64,000 bases of DNA from Alphaproteobacteria bacterium (GTDB taxonomy: Bacteria; Pseudomonadota; Alphaproteobacteria; JACAEB01). The position numbers and the translations under genes were made by a program. Positions 24,799-35,108 of the stretch are shown one piece after another. Below the pieces are notes generated by a model. That model worked only from the letters and a program-made list of their open reading frames with translations, had not been told where the DNA came from and ran no database searches. The DNA lies in assembly GCA_024236075.1 (NCBI GenBank), contig JACKLE010000007.1, positions 2,235-66,234 on the forward strand, written 5' to 3'. How positions within the stretch are numbered: the stretch's first letter is position 1; every line of letters starts with the position of its first letter.

Positions 24799-24952
24799 GA
24801 TCGCAGTCCCCTTCGCACCTCCGGCCGCGTCGAGCGGGGCGGAGTATAGGCAGGCCGACGCGAATCGCAACGCTTAAGGAACACGCCTTAAGCCCCTCCA
24901 TGCGTTCGCCTTTTGCGGGTAGCGCCTTCAAGAACGAGGCCAGAGGCCCCGC

Positions 24953-25378
24953 TCAGGCCGCGAGGATGCGGCCATGCTTGGCGAGCTCGACGCGCGCGCG
25001 CAGATCGATCTCGGCGAGGATCGCCTCCAGGCGCGGATCCTCGAGGCCCTCGAGGCGCTGCTCGACGAGGCCCGTGAGGCGCTCGAGCCGCGCATACGAG
25101 AGGCCGCCTTCCAGAAGCTCGATCTTGATCTCCTCGAGGACGTCGAGAAGCTCGACCCCTTGGGCGACGGCGCGCCGGCGGCGCGCGCCGGGCTCCTCGC
25201 CCTGGAGCGCGAGCAGCGCGTCGACGGAGACGAGGCTCTGCACGCTCGCGACCGGCACGGCATGGGAGGTAGCCCCCACCGCGGCCGTTTCCGGCGCAAA
25301 GGCGGCGCCGGTCCCGCGGCGCTCCTTGCCGCGCACCTTGGCGGCATCCCGAATCCGTTCGGGGGCATTGATCTGCAT
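24953..25378 (-). CDS. fliX: Flagellar assembly regulator FliX
   Basis: 141 aa, divergent from flgI as in Caulobacter. Contains ...[43 protein letters not shown]...LEAILAEIDLRARVELAK. Confidence 0.75.
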   Translation of the reverse strand: MQINAPERIRDAAKVRGKERRGTGAAFAPETAAVGATSHAVPVASVQSLVSVDALLALQGEEPGARRRRAVAQGVELLDVLEEIKIELLEGGLSYARLERLTGLVEQRLEGLEDPRLEAILAEIDLRARVELAKHGRILAA

Positions 25379-25620
25379 AGGCAACCGGTCCCGAGCTTCT
25401 GCCACGGCGGCGCCGTAGGCCTTGGGAAAGCCTCGACCGCGCGGGGTTAAGGCAGGGCTAATGCGCCGGCAAGAATTGCCGGCCGGCGCGGCGGGCGATG
25501 GGGCAAGCCCTGCCGGGCGGCGCAGCCGCGCCCGCGAGCCTGCCTCGCAACCCATTGATTTCATTGACACGGATCGCACGGCCGACTGGCACGGCTCTCG
25601 CGAGCGCCCATACGGCATCG

Positions 25621-26802
25621 ATGCGAGGTTTCCGGTCCATGGTTCTCTCCCAACGCGCGCGCGTCTCGCGCATCGCCCGCACCGCGGCGAGCTTCGCAAT
25701 CGGCTTCGCCGTTCTGGTGATGATCCTCGTCGCGAGCCTGACGGGGCCGGCGGACGCCCTCTCGCGCATCAAGGACATCGCCGACGTCGAGGGCGTGCGC
25801 GAGAACCCGCTCGTCGGCTACGGCCTCGTGGTGGGCCTCGACGGCACCGGGGACTCGCTGCGCAACTCGCCCTTCACGCGCCAGAGCCTCACGGCGATGC
25901 TCGAGCGCCTCGGCGTCAACACGCGCGGCGAGACGCTCAACACCAAGAACGTCGCGGCGGTGATGGTGACAGCCAAGCTGCCGCCCTTCGTCTCCCAGGG
26001 CACCACGGTCGACGTCATCATCAGCGCCATCGGTGACGCGACGAATCTCGCGGGCGGCATGCTGCTGGTTACGCCGCTGATGGCGGCCGACGGCGAGGTC
26101 TACGCGGTGGCGCAGGGCCCCGTCGCGGTCGGCGGCTTCTCGGCGCAGGGCCAGGCCGGCTCGGTGAAGCAGGGCGTGCCCACGAGCGGGCGCATCGCCA
26201 ACGGCGCCGTCGTCGAGCGCGAGATCCCCTACACCCTCGCCGCCGAGCGCTCGCTGCGCCTCTTCCTGAAGAACCCGGACCTCACCACGGCGCGCCGCGT
26301 CGCGGAGGCCGTCAACACCTTCCTCAACGCGCCCGCCGCGGTCCCGACGGACCCCTCGACGGTCGCGCTCGCCCTGCCCTCCGGCTATCCGGGCAATATC
26401 GTCTCCCTGCTGACGGATATCGAGCAGCTGCGCGTCGATCCCGACCTCGCGGCCCGCGTCATCATCGACGAGCAATCGGGCATCATCGTCATGGGCCAGC
26501 AGGTGCGCGTGAACACCATCGCCATCGCGCAGGGCAACCTCACGATCAGCGTCACCGAGACGCCCCAGGTGAGCCAGCCGAGCCCGCTCTCGAACGCCGG
26601 CACGACGCAGGTCGTTCCGCGCACAGAGATCGGCGTCGACGACGGCTCGGACCGGCGGATCGCCGTGCTGCAGACCGGCGTCACGTTGCAGGAGCTCGTG
26701 GACGGGCTCAACGCGCTCGGCGTCGGCCCGCGCGACCTCATCTCGATCCTCCAGGCGATCAAGGCTTCGGGGGCGCTGCAGGCCGAGCTCGAGGTGATGT
26801 GA
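25621..26802 (+). CDS. flgI: Flagellar basal-body P-ring protein FlgI
   Basis: A signal peptide is followed by RIKDIADVEGVRENPLVGYGLVVGLDGTGDSLRNSPFTRQSL.AML.RLGVN...LNTKNVAAVMVTA.LP. An alternative start lies at 25639. Confidence 0.9.
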   Translation: MRGFRSMVLSQRARVSRIARTAASFAIGFAVLVMILVASLTGPADALSRIKDIADVEGVRENPLVGYGLVVGLDGTGDSLRNSPFTRQSLTAMLERLGVNTRGETLNTKNVAAVMVTAKLPPFVSQGTTVDVIISAIGDATNLAGGMLLVTPLMAADGEVYAVAQGPVAVGGFSAQGQAGSVKQGVPTSGRIANGAVVEREIPYTLAAERSLRLFLKNPDLTTARRVAEAVNTFLNAPAAVPTDPSTVALALPSGYPGNIVSLLTDIEQLRVDPDLAARVIIDEQSGIIVMGQQVRVNTIAIAQGNLTISVTETPQVSQPSPLSNAGTTQVVPRTEIGVDDGSDRRIAVLQTGVTLQELVDGLNALGVGPRDLISILQAIKASGALQAELEVM

Positions 26803-27137
26803 GCAGCGCCATGGATGCCATGCAGGACATCGCCTCCGCCTCGCTCGCTGCCCTCGCCGGGCGGCAGGACCCCGAGCGCCTCGCGCGGGGCGCCGCGGCG
26901 GGCGGCGACATCGCCAAGGTCGCGCAGGATTTCGAGGCGATGGCGATCGGCGAGCTTTTGCGGCCGATGTTCGAGGGACTCTCGACAGACGGCCCGTTCG
27001 GCGGCGGCCAGGGCGAGGCGGTGTTCCGCTCTCTGCTCACGGACGAATACGCCAAAGCCATCGCGAAGGCAGGAGGCATCGGCCTTGCCGAGCCCGTCGC
27101 GCGCGAGCTTCTCGCCATTCAGGAGCAACGCAGATGA
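26799..27137 (+). CDS. Rod-binding protein (FlgJ N-terminal domain / CheL-like)
   Basis: 112 aa, with AQDFEAMAIGELLRPMFEGL...GGGQGEAVFRSLLTDEYAKAIAKAGGIGLA. Its start overlaps the flgI stop. Confidence 0.8.
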   Translation: MSSAMDAMQDIASASLAALAGRQDPERLARGAAAGGDIAKVAQDFEAMAIGELLRPMFEGLSTDGPFGGGQGEAVFRSLLTDEYAKAIAKAGGIGLAEPVARELLAIQEQRR

Positions 27138-27577
27138 GCTCAAGCGAAGCGACCGCCCGCGTGGAGGAAATGTTGACGCTCACCGAGCGCCTCATGGGTA
27201 TTCTCGCGCGCGAGAGCGAGGCGCTGCGCGCGCGCCGGCCGCGCGACCTGGAGGAGACCGCCGAGGAGAAGACCGAGCTCTCGACGCTTTATGCGCGCCG
27301 GATGGACGCGGTGGCGAAGGATCGCGCCCTCATCGCGGGCGCGGACAAAGGCCTCCTCGCCAGGCTCAAGTCGCTCACCACCGCGTTCCGCGCCGCTCTC
27401 GACGAGCACGGCGCCCTCCTAGAGCGCGCGCGGTGGTTGAGCGAGGGCCTCATCCACGCGATCGGCGAGGAGGTGGGCGCCAGGCGGCGCACGGTCACGG
27501 GCTATGGGCGCAACGCCGCGGTCAGGACCTACGGCGCGGTCGGCGCGGCGAGCCTCGCGCTCAACCGGACGGTCTGA
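27134..27577 (+). CDS. Flagellar protein, FlbY/FlgN-like
   Basis: 147 aa helical protein whose start overlaps the stop of the rod-binding protein. Its position matches flgI-cheL-flbY in Caulobacter. The assignment rests on synteny rather than motifs. Confidence 0.55.
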   Translation: MSSSEATARVEEMLTLTERLMGILARESEALRARRPRDLEETAEEKTELSTLYARRMDAVAKDRALIAGADKGLLARLKSLTTAFRAALDEHGALLERARWLSEGLIHAIGEEVGARRRTVTGYGRNAAVRTYGAVGAASLALNRTV

Positions 27578-27596
27578 CGAGGGGCGCGCATGCCGC

Positions 27597-29393
27597 TCAG
27601 GTCCGCTCGGCCCTGCCGCGGGGAGCCGGCGCGATCTCGCTGAGGCCCGCGCGAAGCTCCGCCATATCGATCGGTTTCGTCAGATGGCGGACGTTCCTGA
27701 ATATGGGCGGCGTCCGGCGTTCGTCGAATCCCGATACCGCGACGAAGGGAATGGCCCGCGTGACGAGCTCGCGTGCGACCTCCTCGGAGGTCTCCAGGCC
27801 GAGATCGACGTCGAGAACCGCGAGATCGCAGGGATATTCGGCGAGGTAGCCCAGCGCCTCGGCGACCGTCGCGGCGGGGCCGACGACCTTGTAGCCCGCA
27901 TCCTCGATCGCGCCCGCGATGTCAAGCGCGATCACCGCATCGTCCTCCACGACCAGCGCGAGCGCGGTGCCCTCGGCGCCCTTCCGGCCGGCGACGCGGC
28001 CTCGCGCCGCCTCCTTGTAAGTCTCTGCACTCTCGAGCGCCCTACCGTCCCGACAGGTGAGCCGCCAAACGAGCCCCTCGGGACGGAAATCGACCTCCAC
28101 GCGCGCGCCCAAGGAAAGCTTCGACATCCAGTCGATCACCGATAGGCCGAAGCCGCGCCGCTCGGGGGCCTTGACCGCGGGTCCCCCGCTCTCGGCCCAT
28201 TCGATCGAGAATCGCCGGCCCTTGTCCCTGTCGGCCAGCACCCGCCAGGAGATCCGCACGCTGCCCTTTCTGTTCGAGAGCGCTCCGTATTTTCCGGCGT
28301 TCGTCGAGAGCTCGTGCAGGGCCAGGCCCAGCGCCTGGGCCGCCTGCGGGGTGAGCGTGGCCGGTGGCCCCTCGATCGAGATGCGCGTGCCGATGAGATC
28401 GCCGAAATGGGCGAGCTGCGATTTGATCAGCGCCTGCGCGTCGGCGCCGCGCCAGCCGCTGCTCACGAGCACGTCCTGGCTCGCCGTCATCGCCTGCAGC
28501 CGCGCGCAGAGGCGCCGGGTGAACTCCTTCTCGTGCGGGCCCGCGGCCTGGCGCGCGATGGCCTGCACGACCGCCAGCATGTTCTTCGAGCGGTGATTGA
28601 GCTCGCCGAGAAGGAGCTCGATACGCTCCTCGCGCTCCTTGAGCTCGGTGATGTCCGTGTTCGAACCGAACCAGCGCACGATTGCGCCGCTGTCGTCCCG
28701 GATGGGCAAGGCGCGCGACAGAAACCATCTGTAGGCGCCGTCGGCGCCGCGCAGGGGAAAGGTGTCCTCCCAAATCTCGCCAGTGTCCCACGAGCGCTGG
28801 ATGCGCGCGACCACCCGTTCGACATGGTCGGGGTGATGGACCTTTCGCCAGCCCCAGCCTCTCACCTCGTCCAAGGTCGTGCCGGTGAATTCGTACCAGC
28901 GCCGATTGTACCAGAAGACATATCCCTCCCGATCCGCCATCCAGGCGAGCTGCGAGATGTTGTCGGCCAGCGTGCGAAAGCGCTCCTCGCTTTCGCGCAG
29001 CTTCTGGACCATCGCCATCTGGTCGGAGATGTCTCGCGCGATCTTGGACGCGCCGACCACGACGCCGGCCTCGTTGACGATCGGCGAAACGGTGACCGAG
29101 ACGGGAAAGACGCGCCCGCTCTTGTGCTGGCGCATCGTCGCGAAGTTCTTCACGTCCTGGCCGCGCGAAATGCGCGCGAGGATGTCATCCTCTTCCTGCT
29201 GACGGTCGGGCGGGATGATCGTGCGGATCGACCTGCCGATCATCTCCTCGGCGGAATAGCCGAACATGCGTTCGGCCGCCGCGTTCCAGGACTGCACCAC
29301 GCCTTCTGTCGTCTTGCCGACGATGGCGTCGTTCGAAGAGGTGACGATGGCCGCCAAATGGGCCAGCGCCACGTCCGATGGCCTGGTGCTCAT
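27597..29393 (-). CDS. Hybrid PAS-PAS HWE/HisKA_2-type histidine kinase with a C-terminal receiver domain
   Basis: Has PAS signatures (AIVTSSNDAIVGKT..G.V.SWN.AAERMFGY...; WMADREGYVFWYN.RW), an H-box LLGELNHRSKNMLAVVQAIARQ, and a C-terminal REC (ALVVEDDAVIALDI...LDVDL...). Confidence 0.85.
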   Translation of the reverse strand: MSTRPSDVALAHLAAIVTSSNDAIVGKTTEGVVQSWNAAAERMFGYSAEEMIGRSIRTIIPPDRQQEEDDILARISRGQDVKNFATMRQHKSGRVFPVSVTVSPIVNEAGVVVGASKIARDISDQMAMVQKLRESEERFRTLADNISQLAWMADREGYVFWYNRRWYEFTGTTLDEVRGWGWRKVHHPDHVERVVARIQRSWDTGEIWEDTFPLRGADGAYRWFLSRALPIRDDSGAIVRWFGSNTDITELKEREERIELLLGELNHRSKNMLAVVQAIARQAAGPHEKEFTRRLCARLQAMTASQDVLVSSGWRGADAQALIKSQLAHFGDLIGTRISIEGPPATLTPQAAQALGLALHELSTNAGKYGALSNRKGSVRISWRVLADRDKGRRFSIEWAESGGPAVKAPERRGFGLSVIDWMSKLSLGARVEVDFRPEGLVWRLTCRDGRALESAETYKEAARGRVAGRKGAEGTALALVVEDDAVIALDIAGAIEDAGYKVVGPAATVAEALGYLAEYPCDLAVLDVDLGLETSEEVARELVTRAIPFVAVSGFDERRTPPIFRNVRHLTKPIDMAELRAGLSEIAPAPRGRAERT

Positions 29394-29633
29394 GCGACTC
29401 CCTGACGACGAACGCATGAGTGCCGGGTGCGGCACAGATCTCAATCCATCGCGTTTTAGAAGACTGACAGGTTAACACGCGCGAGTCGAGCCGAGGCCCT
29501 TTGACTCGCGTGGCAGCGGCATGGCGCGAGCGCTGCTCGCGAGGACACTGTCAATACCAGTCGCACGGCAGCAGGGCTTCGATCCGCCCACGAAGAACCA
29601 AAGGCGCGACCTGCCGGCGGTCCCAATTGCGGC

Positions 29634-31334
29634 CTAGATTGCGCTCAGGCTTTCGGGACAGGTGCTTCGCGGCTCCGCCTCAAGATATCCCGCAAACTGC
29701 TTCACGATGCCCTGATCGACGAAGATGTGATCCTCGAGCCAGAAGATGAGCGTGCGCAGGCCTCGGTCCCCGTAGTAGGTGCACACGAGTACCCTCGTGC
29801 CCGTATTGTAGACGGCGCCTGCCGCCTCGAGGAGATGGTTCGTCTGTCCGAGGTGCCTGGTATTGCCCAGGGCCGGGATCACCGCCGACGTCACTTCATA
29901 TTGCTTGAGCGCTCCGGCCACCCGCGTTCCCGTCACCAGCGTCGCCTCAACGACCAGCGTTTCCTTCGATATCGAGATCTTGGGCGCCTTGTCGGGCGGC
30001 ATGAAGGCGTAGAGCCGTTGCTCAAAACCGCGGCCCTCTGTCACGCGGGCCGGGTACTTGTCGCCGTCGATCTTCTGCGGCACCCCCGAGATGTGATCGT
30101 GGACCGTCTGCATGAACGCCTCGCCGACCGGCTTGCAGGCGTTGAGCCGGAGGAACTCCCTGAGGTCCACGGAGAATTTGTTGACCTCTCTGATCTTGGC
30201 GTAGAGATAGCCGACCATGTCGCGGTCGATTGTGCCCTCGCCGCCATATTGATAGTGCGCAAGAATGGTGGGGATGAACGAGGTGTACCTCTCGCGGTAG
30301 AGCGCGGCGTATCTTCTGTTGAGCGTCAGGGTCTTGCCCTCGACCTGCTTGTAGTAGTTTGTCTGGAAATCGACCGGATAGGTGTGACTCCGCTCGGAGC
30401 CGACATATTTGTTGTATACGGGTGTGAAGGTTGTCGCCTCGCCGGCGCCGATTGACGCGCCGCAGACGTCGCTATAGGCCTCGACGATGCTGGGATAGGC
30501 GAGGCTCAGGAATTCTTTGACGTCCCTCTCCTTGTCGTACGTATCGAACTGAAATTTCGCTTGGGATCCGTAGGCCATCGCCAGAAAGGTCGGCGCGAAT
30601 TCAGACGCGGCCGTCTTGACCTGCACCTTTCCGTAAAGGCTGCCCGGCGGATAGAGGTTCTCATACCGCACCGTCGGCGGCGGTGCCGGCTTCATGAGAT
30701 CGGGCACCTCGAAGGCCGGGAACTCGGTCGTCACGACGAGCGCATCGTCCGCATACGCCCGGCGCGCGAACAGGATTTGCACCGTCGCGGGATTCGTCTG
30801 CTGCTTGAGCAGCGACAGCTTGCGAAGGAAATCGATCTTGCCGTAGACGCCGTCGTCCCCGAGGCTCTTCAGGATGTCGCCGGGCTGCACGCCATAGGTC
30901 GCCATCTTGCCGCCCGGAACGAGGCTTTTCACGAATAGGGCGTTGAATTCGTTCGGTGGCGGCGTCCCGTACTTCTGCAGCCGGCTGTTGAAGTGTTCCT
31001 CGTCGCGCGTCGCCGGGTTCGGAATGGGTGTCGTGCGCTGGCCTCCATACATGTTGACGCGGCCTTCGCCGAATTCGACGCCCCACGCCGCTTCGACCGC
31101 TCTCAGCTCCTTGCCGGTCTCGGCCTCGTATTGCAGGGGCTTGATCTCCGCCCTGCGGTCGATCGTGCGGTTCGCGGGTAGCGTCGCGGCCCCGGGTCCG
31201 ACGGCCTGCGGCAGCGCCGCGGCACCGCCGGTGCGCCGCGGCAGGCTGTCGGCCTGGGCCATAGCCTCGAAAGGCAGAAAGCCAATAGACACGGCCAATG
31301 CAAAAAGAATCGCCCCTCCGTACACGTCGCGCAT
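29634..31334 (-). CDS. Hypothetical secreted protein (about 566 aa) with a short PDZ-like stretch
   Basis: Signal-like N-terminus MRDVYGGAILFALAVSIGFLPFEAMAQA. The segment VKSLVPGGKMATYGVQPGDILKSLGD resembles a PDZ carboxylate-binding region. The rest is unrecognised. Composition looks somewhat AT-richer than the neighbours. Confidence 0.6.
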   Translation of the reverse strand: MRDVYGGAILFALAVSIGFLPFEAMAQADSLPRRTGGAAALPQAVGPGAATLPANRTIDRRAEIKPLQYEAETGKELRAVEAAWGVEFGEGRVNMYGGQRTTPIPNPATRDEEHFNSRLQKYGTPPPNEFNALFVKSLVPGGKMATYGVQPGDILKSLGDDGVYGKIDFLRKLSLLKQQTNPATVQILFARRAYADDALVVTTEFPAFEVPDLMKPAPPPTVRYENLYPPGSLYGKVQVKTAASEFAPTFLAMAYGSQAKFQFDTYDKERDVKEFLSLAYPSIVEAYSDVCGASIGAGEATTFTPVYNKYVGSERSHTYPVDFQTNYYKQVEGKTLTLNRRYAALYRERYTSFIPTILAHYQYGGEGTIDRDMVGYLYAKIREVNKFSVDLREFLRLNACKPVGEAFMQTVHDHISGVPQKIDGDKYPARVTEGRGFEQRLYAFMPPDKAPKISISKETLVVEATLVTGTRVAGALKQYEVTSAVIPALGNTRHLGQTNHLLEAAGAVYNTGTRVLVCTYYGDRGLRTLIFWLEDHIFVDQGIVKQFAGYLEAEPRSTCPESLSAI

Positions 31335-31667
31335 GATATTATTTTCCTTCCGTACAATCATCGATGCATTCCGTTGGGAAACTCGGCAAGGGAATTCCCC
31401 CGGAACGACGAAAATGTCGAAGCCAACCGTCATGCTAACGGAAATCGGATGGATTGATATAGAAGCCTAGCCTCGGCCGTCGGAGCCGGTATTGCCCACG
31501 AACACCGTGGCTTCCGTCTGTCCTGCCGAGCTCGTGGGCCCCGCATACGGCGGGAGCGGGCCGATCCTCTCGCGCCGGCGTCAGGCCGGCCGGCTCCGGT
31601 CCGGAGGATTGGCCTCATCGGCCGCGCCGGGCTATGAATCGATCTAATTTCATTCGTTGGAGCGAAT

Positions 31668-32675
31668 ATGATCGTCTGTTTCGGCGAGATGCTGGTGCGT
31701 CTTTCGGCGCCCGTGGGCGAGGGCCTCCTCCAGTCGGCGCGCCTCGCGGCGCATATGGGCGGCGCCGAGGCCAATGTCGCCGTCTCGCTCGCCCGGCTCG
31801 GGACCGGCGCCAGAATGGTCAGCGTGCTGCCGGACAACGCCCTCGGGCACGCGGCGCGCGCCGAGCTGCGCCGGCACGGCGTCGACGTCTCGGGCCTCGT
31901 CGCGGGTCCGGGCCGCATGGGGCTCTATTTCCTGATGCCCGCGGCCTCGCTGCGGCCCGCGCAGGTTCTCTACGACCGCGCGCAGTCGGCATTCGCGCGC
32001 GCCGACTTCGCCCGGATCGATTGGCCGGCCGCGCTCGCCGGAGCGCGCTGGCTCCATCTCTCGGGCATCACGCCGGCGCTCGGCGAGGGGCCGGCCGAGG
32101 CCGCGCTCGCCGCGGCGCGTGAGGCGCATCGCCAGGGCGTCGCCGTTTCGTTCGACGGCAATTTCCGCGCGGCGCTCTGGGCCGAGCGGCGCGCCGACCC
32201 GGCCACCACGCTGCGCCCCTTCTTCGAGGCGGCCGATCTTCTGTTCGTGGACGAACGGGATGTCGCGCTCGTGCTCGGACGCGAGGTCTCCGGCGAGTGC
32301 CCGGCCGAGCGCCATCTCAACGCGGCGGCGGCCGCCTTCGAGATGCTGCCGCGCCTCGCCCGCGTCGCCGCCACGGTGCGCGTTCAGCACAGCACGGACG
32401 ACCAGGAGCTCGGCGCCGTGATGGCGACGCGCGAGCGGCGCCTCGTCGCGCGGCCGCGCCGGCTTTCCGGCATCGTCGACCGCATCGGCGCCGGCGACGC
32501 CTTCGCGGCGGGCCTCCTGCACGGGCTCGTGCGCGAGGGAAGCGACGCGGCGCGCCTTGACTTCGCCCTCGCCGCCTGCTGCCTCAAGCACGCGATTGCG
32601 GGCGATGCCAATCTCGCGGGCGAGGCCGAGATCGCGGCGCTCGCGGCGGGTGGGGGGCTCGACGTGCGCAGATGA
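31668..32675 (+). CDS. kdgK: 2-dehydro-3-deoxygluconokinase (PfkB-family sugar kinase)
   Basis: MIVCFGEMLVRLSAP....L.......HMGGAEANVAVSLARLG...DRIGAGDAFAAGLLHG. It is coupled to the downstream eda. Confidence 0.85.
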   Translation: MIVCFGEMLVRLSAPVGEGLLQSARLAAHMGGAEANVAVSLARLGTGARMVSVLPDNALGHAARAELRRHGVDVSGLVAGPGRMGLYFLMPAASLRPAQVLYDRAQSAFARADFARIDWPAALAGARWLHLSGITPALGEGPAEAALAAAREAHRQGVAVSFDGNFRAALWAERRADPATTLRPFFEAADLLFVDERDVALVLGREVSGECPAERHLNAAAAAFEMLPRLARVAATVRVQHSTDDQELGAVMATRERRLVARPRRLSGIVDRIGAGDAFAAGLLHGLVREGSDAARLDFALAACCLKHAIAGDANLAGEAEIAALAAGGGLDVRR

Positions 32676-33319
32676 GGATCGAAATGACGCTTGCGGAGAT
32701 TCTCTCGCTCTCGCCGATCGTGCCGGTGGTGACCCTCGCGGATCCGCGGCGGGCCGAGCCCCTGGCGCGCGCGCTCGTCGCGGGCGGCGTGCCGGCGATC
32801 GAAATCACGCTGCGCACGCCCGCGGCGCTCGAGGCGATCGCCGCGGCGGCAGGCGTGCCGGGTGCGGTGATCGGGGCGGGCACGGTTCGCGGCGGGGCCG
32901 ACATCGAGGCGGCGGCGAAGGCCGGCGCGCGGTTCGCCGTCTCGCCGGGCGCCACGCCGGCGCTGATCGAGGCGAGCGCGGGCGCTCCCGTTCCGCTTCT
33001 GCCGGGCGTCGCGACGGCGTCCGAGATGATGGCATGGCTCGAGCGGGGGCAGACGCTGCTCAAATTCTTTCCCGCCGAGATCCTCGGCGGCGCCGCCGCG
33101 CTCAAGGCCTATGCGGGGCCCTTTCCGGGCCTGCGCTTCTGCCCGACGGGCGGGCTTAGCCTGGCGAGCGCGCCCTCCTATCTCGCGCTCGCGAACGTGA
33201 TCTGCGTCGGCGGGTCGTGGCTCACTCCCGAGGATCTCCTTGCCCGGAACGACTGGGCCGGCATCGAGGCGCTCGCGCGCGCAACCACCGCGCGCCTCGC
33301 GCGGCCCGCGCTGCCCTGA
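32672..33319 (+). CDS. eda: 2-dehydro-3-deoxy-phosphogluconate (KDPG) aldolase
   Basis: ...PIVPVVTLADPRRAEPLARALVAGGVPAIEITLRTPAALEAI...GAGTV...PG..T.SE...A...G...LKFFPAE..GG...LKA...PFP...FCPTGG. Confidence 0.9.
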   Translation: MRIEMTLAEILSLSPIVPVVTLADPRRAEPLARALVAGGVPAIEITLRTPAALEAIAAAAGVPGAVIGAGTVRGGADIEAAAKAGARFAVSPGATPALIEASAGAPVPLLPGVATASEMMAWLERGQTLLKFFPAEILGGAAALKAYAGPFPGLRFCPTGGLSLASAPSYLALANVICVGGSWLTPEDLLARNDWAGIEALARATTARLARPALP

Positions 33320-33325
33320 AACGAA

Positions 33326-33356
33326 AACGGACCGAAGCGCAGGGCTTCGATCCGTT
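33326..33356. terminator. Candidate bidirectional hairpin terminator between the convergent eda and degP genes
   Basis: AACGGACCGAAGC-GCAGG-GCTTCGATCCGTT forms a 13-bp stem with 1 mismatch. The flanking U-tract is weak. Confidence 0.4.
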
Positions 33357-33395
33357 CACGGAGGGCTTCGGGCCCGCTCGCGCGGGCCGCGACCG

Positions 33396-34862
33396 TCAGT
33401 CGTTGCGCGAGTTCTCCACCCGCACGCCGACGAAGAGCATGCTGCCGCCGCGATCGAGCAGGATGAGGACGGGTTTGTTCGCCTTGTCCTTCGTCTCGGA
33501 CTCCATGCGGTCGAAGACGTCCTTGGGCTTGGCAACCTCTTTCTGCGCGACCTCGACGATAACGTCGCCCGGATGGACGTCGTTCGCGATGGGGCTGTCG
33601 GGATCGACGTCGGTGACCAGGACGCCGTTCGCGTCCTCGGGCAGGTTGAAGCGCTCGCGCAGCTTCGGCGTCAGCTCGGACAGGGTGAGGCCGTAGCCCT
33701 TCTCGCCGCCCGAGAACTTCTTCAGGTCCGGCGTGCCGGAGGCGTCGGAGACCTTCTCCTCCTCGAGCTGGCCGACGGTGACCTTGATGGTCTTCGACTT
33801 GCCTTCGCGGACGATCTCGACGGGCACGGCGGCGCCGATCTTGGTGTCCGCGACGACCCGCACGAGGGTGCGGATGTCCGCGACCTCCCTGCCGTCGAAC
33901 TTGACGATGATGTCGCCGCGCTCCATGCCGGCCTCGCGCGCCGGGCTCTTGTCGGCGAAGCCCGAGACCATGGCGCCGCGCGGCTTGTCGAGGCCCGCAA
34001 TCTCGGCGATCTCCGGCGTCACCTCCTGGATCGTCACGCCGAGCCAGCCGCGCCGCGTCTCGCCAAACTCCATGATCTGGTCGACGACGCGCTTCACGAG
34101 ATTGGAGGGCACCGCGAAGCCGATGCCGATCGAGCCGCCGGTCTGCGAGAAGATCGCCGTGTTGACGCCGATCACTTCGCCTTCGAGGTTGAAGAGCGGT
34201 CCGCCGGAATTGCCCCGATTGATGGAGGCGTCGGTCTGGATGTAGTCGTCGTAGCGCCCACCGATCTCGCGGTTGCGCGCGGAAATGATGCCCGCTGTGA
34301 CGGTGCCCCCCAGGTTGAAGGGATTGCCGATCGCGACGACCCAGTCGCCGACGCGCGCGCCGTCCGAATTGCCGAGCTTCACGTAGGGAAGCTGGCGCTT
34401 GGACTGGACGCGCAGGACGGCGATGTCGGTCGAGACGTCGCGGCCGATGATCTCGGCGGGAAGCTTCTCGCCGTGGTCCAGCGTGACGGTGATCTCGTCG
34501 GCCTTGTCGATCACGTGATTGTTCGTGACGATGATGCCTTTCGGATCGATGACGAAGCCCGAGCCGAGCGAGGTACGCTTCGCCTCGCCGGGCGGCAGGA
34601 GATCACGGAAGAGCTCGTCGAGCTCCTCCATGCCGCCGCGGGCCATCGGTACGGTCTGCGTGGTGGAGACGTGGACGACGGCGGGCGTCAGCGTCTGGAC
34701 GATGTCGGCGAAGCTGTCGGGCGCCGCGCGCGCCATGGCCGGCGCGGCCGAAAGGCCCGCCAGCGCCATCGCCACGAGGCCCGCGCGCGCGAGCCGCGCC
34801 GTCCGGCCGAACGCGGCACGTCCCACCCTGTCTTCCCCTGCGATGGATGTCTCACCGATCAC
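33396..34862 (-). CDS. degP: Periplasmic serine endoprotease, DegP/DegQ (HtrA) family, with two PDZ domains
   Basis: Contains GSGFVIDPKGIIVTNNHVI, DIAVLRV, IQTDASINRGNSGGPLFNLEGEVIGVNTAI and PDZ regions. Confidence 0.9.
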   Translation of the reverse strand: MIGETSIAGEDRVGRAAFGRTARLARAGLVAMALAGLSAAPAMARAAPDSFADIVQTLTPAVVHVSTTQTVPMARGGMEELDELFRDLLPPGEAKRTSLGSGFVIDPKGIIVTNNHVIDKADEITVTLDHGEKLPAEIIGRDVSTDIAVLRVQSKRQLPYVKLGNSDGARVGDWVVAIGNPFNLGGTVTAGIISARNREIGGRYDDYIQTDASINRGNSGGPLFNLEGEVIGVNTAIFSQTGGSIGIGFAVPSNLVKRVVDQIMEFGETRRGWLGVTIQEVTPEIAEIAGLDKPRGAMVSGFADKSPAREAGMERGDIIVKFDGREVADIRTLVRVVADTKIGAAVPVEIVREGKSKTIKVTVGQLEEEKVSDASGTPDLKKFSGGEKGYGLTLSELTPKLRERFNLPEDANGVLVTDVDPDSPIANDVHPGDVIVEVAQKEVAKPKDVFDRMESETKDKANKPVLILLDRGGSMLFVGVRVENSRND

Positions 34863-35108
34863 GCTCTTGTCTCCTTTCGAGCACTATCGAAGCCGACCTC
34901 CAGGCACAGCCGGCGCGCAAGGCGCCGAAGGAGGCCGGATCCCTTTCGTCGACCAGCCGAAAACCAAAAAAACCCGCCACACCCGTCCCTTCGGACCGCG
35001 AGCCCATTCGGCATGGAGCGCGCCCAATATGGAAGAAGTGTGGTGCGACGGCGGAGCCTTTGCGACGCCCCGCCCGCCCCGCCCCGAGGCGTGCGCAGTG
35101 TCCACCCT

